The position numbers were made by a program, and so were the translations under genes. From NCBI GenBank assembly GCA_937901335.1, contig CALCHC010000018.1, positions 5-64,004 of the forward strand: a stretch of DNA of 64,000 bases, written 5' to 3'. The stretch's first letter is position 1; every line of letters starts with the position of its first letter. The stretch comes from an uncultured Phascolarctobacterium sp. (GTDB lineage Bacteria > Bacillota > Negativicutes > Acidaminococcales > Acidaminococcaceae). Of the stretch, positions 18,840 through 28,337 are shown piece after piece. A model generated the notes under the pieces. The model ran no database searches and was not told the origin of the DNA. It saw nothing but the letters and a program-made list of their open reading frames with translations.

Positions 18840-19403
18840 TCAGCGCACTCCTAATTTTGCCAGAATCAACTGCATTCGTGTTAGAGGCAAACCTACCACG
18901 TTATTATAGCAACCGTCAATCTTTTCGACTAAAACGGCGCCTTTTCCTTGAATTCCATATGCACCGGCTTTATCAAGAGGTTCGCCGGTCGCAACATAGT
19001 TTTTAATTTCTTCATCTGTAAGTTCGCGGAACACAACTTTAGTTTCGCAAACCTCTGCAAGCATTTCGCCTGCATAACTTACAGCAATACCTGTTAAAAC
19101 CTTATGAGTTTTTCCAGAAAGCTGTTTTAACATTTTAAAAGCATCCTCAGCATCTTGAGGCTTGCCCAAAATTACACCTTCTGCGACTACCACCGTATCA
19201 GCAGCAACCACAGGTAAAGAATCACCTTTAATTTTTACTACAGCTTGACATTTACCAGCGGCATTAGCGAGAACAACATCCTCAGCCTGCACTGCACTAC
19301 CGCTTACCTCATCAAAATCTGCGGGGCAAACAGTAGCTTCAATGCCAATTTGCTGTAATAACGCCAAACGGCGGGGAGAAGCAGATGCTAAAATAACCTG
19401 CAT
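18840..19403 (-). CDS. maf: Maf-like nucleoside triphosphate pyrophosphatase
   Basis: 187 aa, MQVILASASPRRLALLQQIG... is a canonical Maf N-terminus. AGAGGAG RBS. Confidence 0.9.
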   Translation of the reverse strand: MQVILASASPRRLALLQQIGIEATVCPADFDEVSGSAVQAEDVVLANAAGKCQAVVKIKGDSLPVVAADTVVVAEGVILGKPQDAEDAFKMLKQLSGKTHKVLTGIAVSYAGEMLAEVCETKVVFRELTDEEIKNYVATGEPLDKAGAYGIQGKGAVLVEKIDGCYNNVVGLPLTRMQLILAKLGVR

Positions 19404-19415
19404 AATTTTCTCCTC

Positions 19416-19856
19416 TTATTTACCCTCAGCGGGTTTATCATTCAAATCAATGGTCATTTCTTGAGCTTCGATTTCGATAACTACAGGTTGAGCACCTTGA
19501 CGAACTGCGTCGCGTTTAAAAGTGCGAACATAGGTCATAGCAATGAAGAGCCAAAGCACCACGCCGCCAACCATAAACCATAATTCTTCCATATGGAAGA
19601 AAGAAGCTAAACTTTTACCAAAAGCAAAGCCAGCTAAAATACCCAATACAGGGAAGCCGTAAATAACAAGATTACTTTTGCTTTTTTCTAATTCACGATA
19701 TTCAACACCTACGGTATCACCAACTTTAGCGTTGATGGGACACCAGCAATCCAAATATTTAGGAATACCGGTAACGGTAGTTTTAGTTCTATCAACTTTA
19801 ACTTCGGCACGTTCGCCATGTTTTTTAATCAAAAGACCTTTAATTTCAGCAGACAT
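19416..19856 (-). CDS. RseC/MucC-family (SoxR-reducing system) membrane protein
   Basis: 146 aa with an N-terminal beta-rich domain containing a CWC motif, followed by two TM helices. This matches the RseC-family layout; assignment is by pattern only. Confidence 0.55.
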   Translation of the reverse strand: MSAEIKGLLIKKHGERAEVKVDRTKTTVTGIPKYLDCWCPINAKVGDTVGVEYRELEKSKSNLVIYGFPVLGILAGFAFGKSLASFFHMEELWFMVGGVVLWLFIAMTYVRTFKRDAVRQGAQPVVIEIEAQEMTIDLNDKPAEGK

Positions 19857-19871
19857 TCACTAACCTCTTTC

Positions 19872-20162
19872 TCAATATGCATGTAAGAATACATACCAGT
19901 AACCTACACCAAAAATTACACCATACAATACTAAAAATACAACTACACCTTGCCAACAAACGGGATAGCCAAAGTTAATATATTCGCCGAAAATGCCGCG
20001 TTTATTAAAGAAAGTATATTTCATACGACGTCTGAACCAGTTAGCTTTATTTTCAGGGCCAATCAGTTTAGCAATCGCAAAAATATAGAAAAATGACAGG
20101 ATAAAAACATTAATTACCCTTGCGCCCACAAGGGAAGGGTCTACGTGTGCAATAGCGTCCAT
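19872..20162 (-). CDS. Small hypothetical membrane protein (two TM helices)
   Basis: 96-aa ORF with an AAAGGAG RBS, tightly packed in the operon between a 167-175-aa ORF and the rseC-like gene. No motif I recognise. Confidence 0.5.
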   Translation of the reverse strand: MDAIAHVDPSLVGARVINVFILSFFYIFAIAKLIGPENKANWFRRRMKYTFFNKRGIFGEYINFGYPVCWQGVVVFLVLYGVIFGVGYWYVFLHAY

Positions 20163-20184
20163 CTTATGAATAATTCTCCTTTAA

Positions 20185-20688
20185 TTACAATTGAATGAAT
20201 TTGTCAGGTAATTGTTTACGCAAAACTTTGATGAATTGGTCACTAGATTTAAAGAGCAAGCCAGCCAATTTGTTTTTATTACCTTCGGTAAATACTAACA
20301 AACGTTGGGGATTAGGATCCAAAGAATTGTAGCGATGGATGTAGTGACGAATTTTAGTTTTACGGAAGAAGCTTTTTACATATTTTTGAGTAAAGCTTTC
20401 AGTACGAGTCAAATCTACAAAATAGCTGCGTCTTAAACCCAAACCATGAGTAATTACTTCCAATCGCAAGTCTTTATACAGAATCAGAGTGTAGCCGTAA
20501 GATACGCGCCATACCCACAAGCACAAAAGGCACAAGTTAATACCCCAGCCCAAATAATTAATTCTACCAGAATCCAAATAGTTGGTGAATTCATAACCAA
20601 ACAAAGCCAAAATAGCAAGCAGTGCTAAGCCTGCGAAAACTTTTCTCTCGTTAGAAGTAGTAGATGTTTCACGATATAATTCTTCCAA
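20185..20688 (-). CDS. Hypothetical membrane protein (two TM helices + basic C-terminal domain, possibly bPH-like)
   Basis: Start chosen at TTG 20688 (GGAGGG RBS, 6-nt spacer); the ORF-track ATG 20712 has no good RBS. An extended -10 TGATATAAT lies at 20757-20749 (minus). Confidence 0.5.
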   Translation of the reverse strand: MEELYRETSTTSNERKVFAGLALLAILALFGYEFTNYLDSGRINYLGWGINLCLLCLWVWRVSYGYTLILYKDLRLEVITHGLGLRRSYFVDLTRTESFTQKYVKSFFRKTKIRHYIHRYNSLDPNPQRLLVFTEGNKNKLAGLLFKSSDQFIKVLRKQLPDKFIQL

Positions 20689-20800
20689 AATGTTCCCTCC
20701 AAGATTAACCATATATTGCGGAAATTTGTTTCCTTCTAAATCTTATTTATTATATCAGAAAAAAATTAGAAATCCTATAGTTTTTTCTTTCTTGCATAGT

Positions 20801-20838
20801 AAAAAATAACAGGCAAGCATAGCTTGCCTGTTATTTTT
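20801..20838 (-). terminator. Terminator downstream of proA
   Basis: 11-bp stem 20808-20818 / 20822-20832 with a 3-nt loop and T-runs on both strands. Confidence 0.8.
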
Positions 20839-20845
20839 ATTTACT

Positions 20846-22102
20846 TTATCCTCTTACTTGGCCGTTGCCATTAATAAGATACTTAGTGCTCGTAAGTTCC
20901 GGCAACGCCATCGGTCCACGAGCGTGAAGTTTTTGAGTGCTGATGCCAATTTCTGCACCAAAGCCAAATTCAAAACCATCAGTAAAACGAGTGGAAGCAT
21001 TTACGTAAACAGCAGCTGCATCTACACCAAGTTGGAAGATGCGAGCGTTTTCGTAATCTTCTGTTACGATGCATTCGCTGTGATAAGTGGTGTACTGCGC
21101 AATGTGTTCCATTGCTTCTTCCAAGCTATCTACAATCTTCACGGAAAGACGTAAGTCCCCGTATTCAGTGCTCCAATCTTCTTCGGTAACAGGAACAACC
21201 TTATCACTATAAGCTTGTACGCGTTCATCACCACGAATTTCCACACCTGCTTCAAAATATTTTGCAAGCATGGAGGGCATAAATTTATCAGCAGCGTCTT
21301 TATGCACAAGCAAAGTTTCCATAGCGTTGCACACGGAAGGACGTTGAACTTTTGCATTGTAGCAAATCTTCATTGCCATTTCCACATCAGCGGAAGCATC
21401 AATAAAAGTATGGCACACGCCTGCGCCAGTTTCAATAACGGGAACAGTTGCGTTCATTACTACAGTTTTAATCAAGCCTGCACCGCCGCGGGGAATAACT
21501 ACGTCTACCAAACCGTTCATATGAATCAAATCGGTAACAGCTTGTCTGTCGCTAGTATCTACAAATTGCACACTACCTTCAGGAATGCCAGCAGCTTCTG
21601 CTGCTTCGGAAAGAATGTTAGCAATGGCGATATTGGATTGCATCGCTTCACTGCCACCTTTCAAAATTACAGCATTACCGGATTTAAGGCACAAACCTAC
21701 AGCATCTGCAGTAACATTAGGGCGAGCTTCGTAAATGATACCAATAACGCCCAAGGGCACACGCACTTTAGTAATGCTCAAACCATTAGCAAGGCGGCTA
21801 CCGCCAACAACGTTACCAATAGGATCAGGCAGAGCAGCAACTTGTTCCAAGCCTTCTGCCATACCGGCAATACGTTCCGGTGTAAGTTTAAGTCTATCAA
21901 GCATGGAAGTCTTCATGCCTTTTGCAGCAGCAGCTTCCATATCCACAGCGTTTGCTACTAAAATTTCTTCTTGTTTATCTAAAAGAGCTTGCGCCATTGC
22001 CAACATTGCTTTGTTTTTAATAGCAGTACTTGTAATGGCAAGCTTGCCTGCAGCTTTTTTGGCAGCGGCAGCTTTTGCTTTAACTAATTCGTAAGTACTC
22101 AT
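20846..22102 (-). CDS. proA: Glutamate-5-semialdehyde dehydrogenase
   Basis: 418 aa, aldehyde dehydrogenase fold with ProA signatures (VIPRGG, catalytic Cys in ...PSVCNAMETLLVH...), directly downstream of proB. Confidence 0.95.
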   Translation of the reverse strand: MSTYELVKAKAAAAKKAAGKLAITSTAIKNKAMLAMAQALLDKQEEILVANAVDMEAAAAKGMKTSMLDRLKLTPERIAGMAEGLEQVAALPDPIGNVVGGSRLANGLSITKVRVPLGVIGIIYEARPNVTADAVGLCLKSGNAVILKGGSEAMQSNIAIANILSEAAEAAGIPEGSVQFVDTSDRQAVTDLIHMNGLVDVVIPRGGAGLIKTVVMNATVPVIETGAGVCHTFIDASADVEMAMKICYNAKVQRPSVCNAMETLLVHKDAADKFMPSMLAKYFEAGVEIRGDERVQAYSDKVVPVTEEDWSTEYGDLRLSVKIVDSLEEAMEHIAQYTTYHSECIVTEDYENARIFQLGVDAAAVYVNASTRFTDGFEFGFGAEIGISTQKLHARGPMALPELTSTKYLINGNGQVRG

Positions 22103-22111
22103 AATATCGCC

Positions 22112-23245
22112 TCACAAAATAACTAAATCGTCGCGGTGAATTACCTCATCAAAATTTTTATGACCAAGCAAAGCTTCAATATCAGTAGACTTGCAACCCT
22201 TGATTTGTTCCAGCTCTGCACTGCTGTAATGAACAAGACCACGTGCCAGCTCATGACCTTCTGCAGTTTTTACACTGATGGTGCTGCCTGGCTCGAAGTC
22301 ACCTTCCACAGCAGTAATGCCTGCGGGCAAAATACTGCAACCGCCAGCTTTATGCAAAGCATTAGCGCAACCTTCGTCAACAGTAATGCTTCCTTTAATA
22401 TTAGCGCCAAAAGCAAGCCAACGTTTACGGAATTGCAAACGATTTTCACGGCTAACAAAGAGAGTACCAATTTCTTCGCCATTTAAAATTCTAGGGATAG
22501 CATTTTTTTCTGTACCACTGGCAATTACCAAATGGATACCGCTACTTGTAGCAGCTTTAGCTGCTTGAATTTTAGTAGCCATGCCACCAGTACCACGACT
22601 GGAGCCTACACCACCAGCACTTGCTTCGATGGCAGGAGTGATTTCGCTAACCAAAGGAACAAGCTTAGCATCAGGATTAGTTTGAGGATTAGCAGTGTAA
22701 AGACCATCAATATCGGAAAGAATGATTACTAAATCCGCATCGATGATACCTGCCACAAGAGCAGACATATTATCATTATCGCCAATCTTCAATTCATCTA
22801 AAGCAACTACGTCATTTTCATTAACGATGGGAATAACACGTTGCTTGATAAGTTCCATAAAAGTATTACGAGAGTTAGTATAGCGATGTCTGTCCAAAGA
22901 TTCCGTCTTAGTCAGAAGCACTTGCGCTACAATTTGACCGTAGTCAGCAAAAATCTTCTCGTAAGTGTGCATCAAAACGCCTTGCCCAACCGCAGCCGCA
23001 GCTTGCTTACCGGGAATGGTGTCAGGCTTTTTAGGTAAGCCTAATCTATCCACGCCCACAGCTACTGCACCGGAAGTAACAAGAATCATTTCTTTACCTT
23101 GATTTTGCAAATCGCTCAATTCACGGGCAATTCTATCAATTTGACTAAAGTTTCTTTTGCCATTCGCGTAAGTAATGGTACTACTACCAACCTTTACTAC
23201 TACACGCTTCGCCTGTTTTAAGAGTTCTCTATTAAATGTAGTCAT
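22112..23245 (-). CDS. proB: Glutamate 5-kinase (with PUA domain)
   Basis: 377 aa, amino-acid kinase N-terminus (VVVKVGSSTIT), GDNDNMSALVA motif and a C-terminal PUA domain. Confidence 0.95.
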   Translation of the reverse strand: MTTFNRELLKQAKRVVVKVGSSTITYANGKRNFSQIDRIARELSDLQNQGKEMILVTSGAVAVGVDRLGLPKKPDTIPGKQAAAAVGQGVLMHTYEKIFADYGQIVAQVLLTKTESLDRHRYTNSRNTFMELIKQRVIPIVNENDVVALDELKIGDNDNMSALVAGIIDADLVIILSDIDGLYTANPQTNPDAKLVPLVSEITPAIEASAGGVGSSRGTGGMATKIQAAKAATSSGIHLVIASGTEKNAIPRILNGEEIGTLFVSRENRLQFRKRWLAFGANIKGSITVDEGCANALHKAGGCSILPAGITAVEGDFEPGSTISVKTAEGHELARGLVHYSSAELEQIKGCKSTDIEALLGHKNFDEVIHRDDLVIL

Positions 23246-23267
23246 TACTAGTCATCTTCTTTCGATA

Positions 23268-23433
23268 GCAAAATTGTTTATTTTCAAGCGACATTAGAAA
23301 ATGTAGTGGTTTCAATCAAGAAAATATTGCAACGAGCAAACGTGTCTGAGCAAAGCGAGTTGTTTGCGAGGCAATATTTTCATACACAAGAAACGTTAAA
23401 CATTTTCTTATGAGCAGAAAATAACAATTTTGC
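23268..23433. repeat. 166-nt nested imperfect palindrome (rod-like hairpin) between obg and proB
   Basis: Paired arms are: 23268-23285/23417-23433 (17 bp, one bulge); 23292-23304/23400-23412 (12 of 13); 23309-23313/23390-23394 (5 bp); 23320-23330/23371-23381 (11 bp perfect); 23336-23341/23362-23367 (6 bp). The apical loop is 20 nt. Confidence 0.8.
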
Positions 23434-23443
23434 TTAAATAATA

Positions 23444-24718
23444 CTACGCATTATCCTTGTACTCGAATACCATATCGCGAATACGAACGGTTTCGCCTTC
23501 TTGCACGCCTTTTTCTTTGAGAGCTTCATCAATGCCCAAACGTTTCCAGATAAGTTGGAAACGATACAACGCTTCATCGTTGTCAAAGTTAGTCATTGCA
23601 ACAAGACGTTCAATGTTTTTACCACGTACTTCGTAGTCAGTATCATTACCAACAACAATTTCGTAGCTATCCGGGTCGATTTCGTCAAAGCGGCTCAGTT
23701 CTTTTTCGTCTTCTTCAGGAACATAAGCTTCCAATAATTCGTAAGCTTTGAACATCAATTCACGCAAGCCTTCGCCAGTAGCAGCGGAAGCTTTGGTAAT
23801 TTCGTAGCCTTTAGCTTCAACATATTCTTTCAAACGCTCGAAGTTTTCTTCTGCTTCAGGCAAATCCATTTTATTTGCAACTACCATTTGCTTACGGCGA
23901 GCAAGACGTTCGCTGTATTGAGCAAGTTCGTGGTTAATTTTGTCAAAGTCTTCAATGGGGTCGCGTCCATCAACACCAGCAACGTCTACAATGTGGAGCA
24001 ATACTTTAGTACGCTCTACGTGACGCAAAAAGTCGTGACCGAGACCAACACCTTCGTGCGCACCTTCAATCAAACCGGGGATGTCCGCCAAAACAAAGCT
24101 GCGTTCTTCGTCAATACGTACTACACCCAAAACCGGGGAAAGAGTAGTAAAGTGGTAAGCAGCAATTTCCGGACGAGCAGCACTTACTTGAGCAATGATA
24201 CTGGATTTACCTACACTGGGGTAACCAACCAGACCAACGTCAGCAAGAAGTTTCAATTCCAGTTTCAGCCAACGGTTTTCGCCAGGTTCGCCTTTTTCCG
24301 CAAAAGTCGGAGCACGGTTGGTACTAGTAACATAGCAAGCATTACCTTTACCACCACGACCGCCTTTAGCTGCAACGTATTCTTGACCATCTTCGGTTAA
24401 GTCTGCCATAACAGCACCGGTTACATCATCACGAACCAAAGTACCCATAGGAACTTTTACGTAAACATTATCAGCGCGCATACCGGTACAATTTTTAGTT
24501 CCGCCTTGACCGCCACGTTTAGCAACATGTTTTCTTTTATAACGGAAGTCAATCAAGGTGTTCAGGTTTTTATCAGCAACAAGAATAACGTCGCCACCAC
24601 GACCACCATTACCACCGTTGGGACCGCCTTTTTCTACAAATTTTTCTCTACGGAAACTGCTCATGCCGTCGCCGCCATTACCAGCCTCTACATAAATCCT
24701 CGCTCTGTCAATAAACAT
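23444..24718 (-). CDS. obg: GTPase ObgE/CgtA
   Basis: 424 aa with the Obg fold N-terminus (MFIDRARIYVEAGNGGDGMSSFRREKF), G1 GYPSVGKSS, G3 DIPGLIEGA, G4 NKMD and a C-terminal OCT domain. Confidence 0.95.
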   Translation of the reverse strand: MFIDRARIYVEAGNGGDGMSSFRREKFVEKGGPNGGNGGRGGDVILVADKNLNTLIDFRYKRKHVAKRGGQGGTKNCTGMRADNVYVKVPMGTLVRDDVTGAVMADLTEDGQEYVAAKGGRGGKGNACYVTSTNRAPTFAEKGEPGENRWLKLELKLLADVGLVGYPSVGKSSIIAQVSAARPEIAAYHFTTLSPVLGVVRIDEERSFVLADIPGLIEGAHEGVGLGHDFLRHVERTKVLLHIVDVAGVDGRDPIEDFDKINHELAQYSERLARRKQMVVANKMDLPEAEENFERLKEYVEAKGYEITKASAATGEGLRELMFKAYELLEAYVPEEDEKELSRFDEIDPDSYEIVVGNDTDYEVRGKNIERLVAMTNFDNDEALYRFQLIWKRLGIDEALKEKGVQEGETVRIRDMVFEYKDNA

Positions 24719-24767
24719 TTTCTATCTCCTATTTCTTAAAAATTTACTTTTATTTACAGTTATGTTT

Positions 24768-24797
24768 ATTATACCCTGCTATTGCTTAGTTATTCAA
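24768..24797 (-). promoter_or_regulatory. Candidate sigma-A promoter of obg
   Basis: Minus strand: TTGAAT (24797-24792), 18-nt spacer, TATAAT (24773-24768), about 50 nt upstream of the obg ATG. Confidence 0.5.
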
Positions 24798-24972
24798 CAC
24801 CTGTCACGCAAAAATTACTTACTCAAAGCAAATGCACATATATAATGAAGAAACTTACAAATACCTCACACAACTTCTCAAAAACAAATACTCCAAAGAT
24901 TGTTTCAGAGTGTACACATTATACTGAAAAGAACGGGTTAAAAACCTTTATGTTTACATTTTAAGTTTTTCC

Positions 24973-25001
24973 TTGACAAACTACAAACCTATTGTCATAA
25001 T
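24973..25001 (+). promoter_or_regulatory. Sigma-A promoter of the leu T-box leader
   Basis: TTGACA (24973-24978), 17-nt spacer, CATAAT (24996-25001). Confidence 0.7.
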
Positions 25002-25007
25002 ATAGAG

Positions 25008-25270
25008 AAACGTTCTTAAAAACAAAATACCCTTTTGAAATGCAATGAACGGAAAAATTTACTCGCCTTCCTTTTAGAGATGTAGCGGTTGGTGCAAGCT
25101 ACAAGAAGTCCCGTAAAGAAGCTCATCCGCGAGCAGCCATCCTGAAAATTTTAGGGATGGACGCAGAACCAGCGTTAGTAGTTTTAATTAAGAAATAAAT
25201 TAGGGTGGTACCGCGCAAGGTTAACAATGCGCCCCTGTCTGCATGTGCAGATAGGGGCTTTATTTATTAA
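25008..25270 (+). promoter_or_regulatory. T-box riboswitch, leucine-specific (specifier CUC)
   Basis: AGAGA box at 25076-25080 and a GGUGCAA distal loop at 25091-25097. The specifier loop AAAGAAG-CUC-A has CUC at 25122-25124. Conserved T-box sequence AAATTAGGGTGGTACCGCG at 25197-25215. Terminator stem 25231-25242/25247-25258 is followed by TTTATTTATT. Confidence 0.9.
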
Positions 25271-25444
25271 ATCGCTATAAGCGCTGTTATGCTGTGTCAC
25301 AGCCAGCTTACTTGCTCGACGTACTCAAAAGTACGCCATCACTTCATAAGCTTAGCTGTTCCTTGCCTTCCAGCACTTCTAACGATTTTGACGTAACCCA
25401 AGTTTATAAAACAATTTACATAATTTAGTTTGGAGGAATCTACT

Positions 25445-26710
25445 ATGGGTATGACAATGACAGAAAAAATTCTGGCGAAGCATGCAGGCCGCGACAGCGT
25501 AAGCGCTGGCGATCTCTTAGTTTCCCAAGTTGATATGGTATTAGCCAACGACATCACCGGTCCGCCGGCAATCACCGAATTCGAAAAAATCGGTCGTCCT
25601 GTTTTCGACAAAAACAAAATCTGCTTGGTTCCTGACCACTTCTCTCCTTGCAAAGACATCAAGTCCGCAACCATGTGCAAACGTATGCGTGACTTCGCTC
25701 ATAAACACGAAATCAAAAACTACTTTGAAGTAGGTCGTATGGGTATCGAACATGCTCTGCTTCCTGACCAAGGCCTTGCTGCTCCTGGCGAAATCATCAT
25801 CGGCGCAGACTCCCACACCTGCACTTACGGTGCACTTAACGCACTGAGTACTGGTATGGGTCAAACCGATATTGGCGCTGCTATGGCAAGTGGTACTACT
25901 TGGTTCAAAGTTCCCCAAGCAATCAAAGTTAACTTGGTTGGCAAATTGCCCCGCTTCGTTCGCGGCAAAGACATCATCCTTACCTTGATTGGTATGATTG
26001 GTGTTGACGGTGCTCGTTACCAATCCTTGGAATTCTGTGGCGAAGGCGTAGCAGAACTGACCATGGCTGACCGCTTCACCATTTGCAACATGGCAATTGA
26101 AGCTGGCGCTAAAAACGGCATTTTCCCCGTTGACGAAAAAACTATCGCTTACCTTGAAGGTCGCGTAACTGACCGCACTTGGGAAGCAGTAACCGCTGAC
26201 GAAGATGCTGAATACGCTCAAGAAATTACCATGGAACTTGACAAACTGGTTCCTGTTGTAGCATATCCTCACCTGCCGGAAAACACTCATCCTGCTTCCG
26301 AAGGTAAAGAAATCAAAATTGACCAAGTTGTTGTAGGCTCCTGCACCAACGGTCGTCTGGAAGATTTGGCTCAAGCAGCTGAAATCCTGAAAGGCAAAAA
26401 AGTTTGTGATGGCGTTCGTATGATCATCATCCCGGCAACCCAAGAAATTTACAAAGAAGCTATGCGCTTAGGTTACATTGATACCTTCATCGACGCAGGC
26501 GCTGCAGTTTCCACTCCTACTTGCGGTCCTTGCCTTGGTGGTTACATGGGCATCTTAGCAGCAGGCGAACGCGCTGTTTCCACTACTAACCGTAACTTCC
26601 GTGGTCGTATGGGTCACGTAGATAGTGAAGTTTATCTGGCTAGTCCCTACACCGCAGCAGCAAGTGCAATCACCGGCTACATCACTAGCCCTGAGGAGGT
26701 AATGAAATGA
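25445..26710 (+). CDS. leuC: 3-isopropylmalate dehydratase large subunit
   Basis: Aconitase-family ORF (~421 aa) with Fe-S ligand cysteines ([14 protein letters not shown]). Start at ATG 25445 (GGAGG at 25432-25436, 8-nt spacer). Confidence 0.95.
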   Translation: MGMTMTEKILAKHAGRDSVSAGDLLVSQVDMVLANDITGPPAITEFEKIGRPVFDKNKICLVPDHFSPCKDIKSATMCKRMRDFAHKHEIKNYFEVGRMGIEHALLPDQGLAAPGEIIIGADSHTCTYGALNALSTGMGQTDIGAAMASGTTWFKVPQAIKVNLVGKLPRFVRGKDIILTLIGMIGVDGARYQSLEFCGEGVAELTMADRFTICNMAIEAGAKNGIFPVDEKTIAYLEGRVTDRTWEAVTADEDAEYAQEITMELDKLVPVVAYPHLPENTHPASEGKEIKIDQVVVGSCTNGRLEDLAQAAEILKGKKVCDGVRMIIIPATQEIYKEAMRLGYIDTFIDAGAAVSTPTCGPCLGGYMGILAAGERAVSTTNRNFRGRMGHVDSEVYLASPYTAAASAITGYITSPEEVMK

Positions 26711-27195
26711 GTAAAGTTTGGCGCTACGGCGATCACATCGATACAGACGTAATTATTCCTGCAAGATATTTAAACATTGCAGACTTCACTGAACTGGCAG
26801 AACATGCCATGGAAGACGCTAAAGAAAATTTAGTTGAAAACTTCGCTGCAGGCGTAACCCCCGGAGATTACATCGTAGCAGGTAAAAACTTTGGTTGCGG
26901 TTCCTCTCGTGAACATGCTCCTGTTGTTATCCAAGTAAAAGGCATTAAATGCATCATCGCTGATAGCTTCGCACGTATCTTCTACCGCAACGCTATCAAC
27001 ATCGGCTTGCCTGTACTGGAAATTGGCAAAGACGTTGAACAAATTGAAGCTGGTGACGAAATTGATGTAGATATGGCTAAAGGCGAAATCAAAATCATCA
27101 ACAAAAACATCACCATTACCTGCAAACCGCTTCCGGAATTCATCCAAAAAATTTCTGACTGCGGTGGCTTGATTAACTACGTTAAAGGAGAATAA
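26707..27195 (+). CDS. leuD: 3-isopropylmalate dehydratase small subunit
   Basis: 162 aa with aconitase swivel-domain motifs ([13 protein letters not shown]). ATGA overlap with leuC. Confidence 0.95.
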   Translation: MSKVWRYGDHIDTDVIIPARYLNIADFTELAEHAMEDAKENLVENFAAGVTPGDYIVAGKNFGCGSSREHAPVVIQVKGIKCIIADSFARIFYRNAINIGLPVLEIGKDVEQIEAGDEIDVDMAKGEIKIINKNITITCKPLPEFIQKISDCGGLINYVKGE

Positions 27196-27201
27196 TCCAT
27201 C

Positions 27202-28275
27202 ATGAAAATTACCCTGCTCCCCGGTGACGGCATCGGTGTAGAAATTGTTGATGCTGCTGTTGAAGTTCTCGACGCAGCTGCTAAAAAATTTGGCTTTAAA
27301 ATTGAATATGATAAACAACTCATCGGCGGTTGCGCAATTGACGCAACTGGCGTTCCCCTGCCGGAAGAAACTGTAGCTTCCGCTAAAGCTGCTGACGCAG
27401 TTCTCTTAGGTGCAGTTGGCGGTCCCAAATGGGATAACGTTGCTCCTGACATCCGTCCGGAAAAAGGTCTCTTGGGCATTCGCAAAGCTTTAGGTTTGTA
27501 CTGCAACCTGCGCCCCATGACCGTTTCCAGATTCACCGCTCACCTTTCCCCGCTGAAAACCGAAAATGCTGAAGGCGCTGACCTCCTTATCGTTCGCGAA
27601 TTGACCGGTGGCATTTACTTTGGCGAACATAACGAAGCTCACATCAATGCTGATGGTGTTGAAGAAGCAAGTGACGTAGAACTCTACACTCGTCCTGAAG
27701 TAGAACGCATTGCAAAATTTGCTTTCGAAGCTGCTAAAAAACGTCGCGGTAAAGTTACCAGTGTTGATAAAGCTAACGTTTTGGGTTCCAGCCGTATGTG
27801 GCGTAAAATTGTTGCAGAAATGCAAGCTAAAGATTATCCCGAAGTTGAATTGAACAATTACTATGTAGATAACTGCGCAATGCAACTTATCCTCAACCCC
27901 AAACAATTTGACGTAATCCTCACCAACAATATCTTCGGTGATATTTTGAGTGACGAAGCAAGCACCATCGCAGGCAGCATCGGTTTGTTGCCCAGTGCAA
28001 GCTTGGGTGATGGCACCGGTATGTACGAACCCATCCATGGTAGTGCTCCCGACATCGCTGGCCAAGGCATTGCAAATCCCTTGGCTACCATCCTTTCCGT
28101 AGCAATGATGCTCCGCTACTCCTTAGATAAAGCAGAAGCTGCTGACGCTATCGAAGCTGCAGTAGACGCTGTAATGGAACAAGGCTACCGTACTCCCGAC
28201 CTGTATGATGAAGGCTTGAAAAAAGTTTCCACTGCAGAAATGGGTAGCTTGGTTGCAGCAGAACTTCTTAAATAA
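27202..28275 (+). CDS. leuB: 3-isopropylmalate dehydrogenase
   Basis: 357 aa, [17 protein letters not shown]-terminus and the [12 protein letters not shown] motif. Confidence 0.95.
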   Translation: MKITLLPGDGIGVEIVDAAVEVLDAAAKKFGFKIEYDKQLIGGCAIDATGVPLPEETVASAKAADAVLLGAVGGPKWDNVAPDIRPEKGLLGIRKALGLYCNLRPMTVSRFTAHLSPLKTENAEGADLLIVRELTGGIYFGEHNEAHINADGVEEASDVELYTRPEVERIAKFAFEAAKKRRGKVTSVDKANVLGSSRMWRKIVAEMQAKDYPEVELNNYYVDNCAMQLILNPKQFDVILTNNIFGDILSDEASTIAGSIGLLPSASLGDGTGMYEPIHGSAPDIAGQGIANPLATILSVAMMLRYSLDKAEAADAIEAAVDAVMEQGYRTPDLYDEGLKKVSTAEMGSLVAAELLK

Positions 28276-28291
28276 AACTAAGTAAAAATTT

Positions 28292-28319
28292 AAGACCACC
28301 GTTTAAATTCGGTGGTCTT
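28292..28319 (+). terminator. Hairpin after leuB (weak terminator/attenuator before azlC)
   Basis: 10-bp stem AAGACCACCG / CGGTGGTCTT with an 8-nt loop. The downstream T tract is poor, so read-through into azlCD is plausible. Confidence 0.45.
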
Positions 28320-28337
28320 GATATTTGGTGACCCATA

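Noticed and set aside
25290-25397. Possible Leu-rich leader peptide (MLCHSQLTCSTYSKVRHHFISLAVPCLPALLTILT) between the T-box terminator and leuC.
   Set aside because: No RBS, the Leu codons are scattered rather than consecutive, and the operon already has a T-box.
25339-25680. 113-aa minus-strand ORF spanning the leuC start; also the 60-aa ORF at 24782-24964.
   Set aside because: The first is antisense to leuC and its RBS. The second lies in the divergent promoter region. Neither has an RBS or a recognisable motif.
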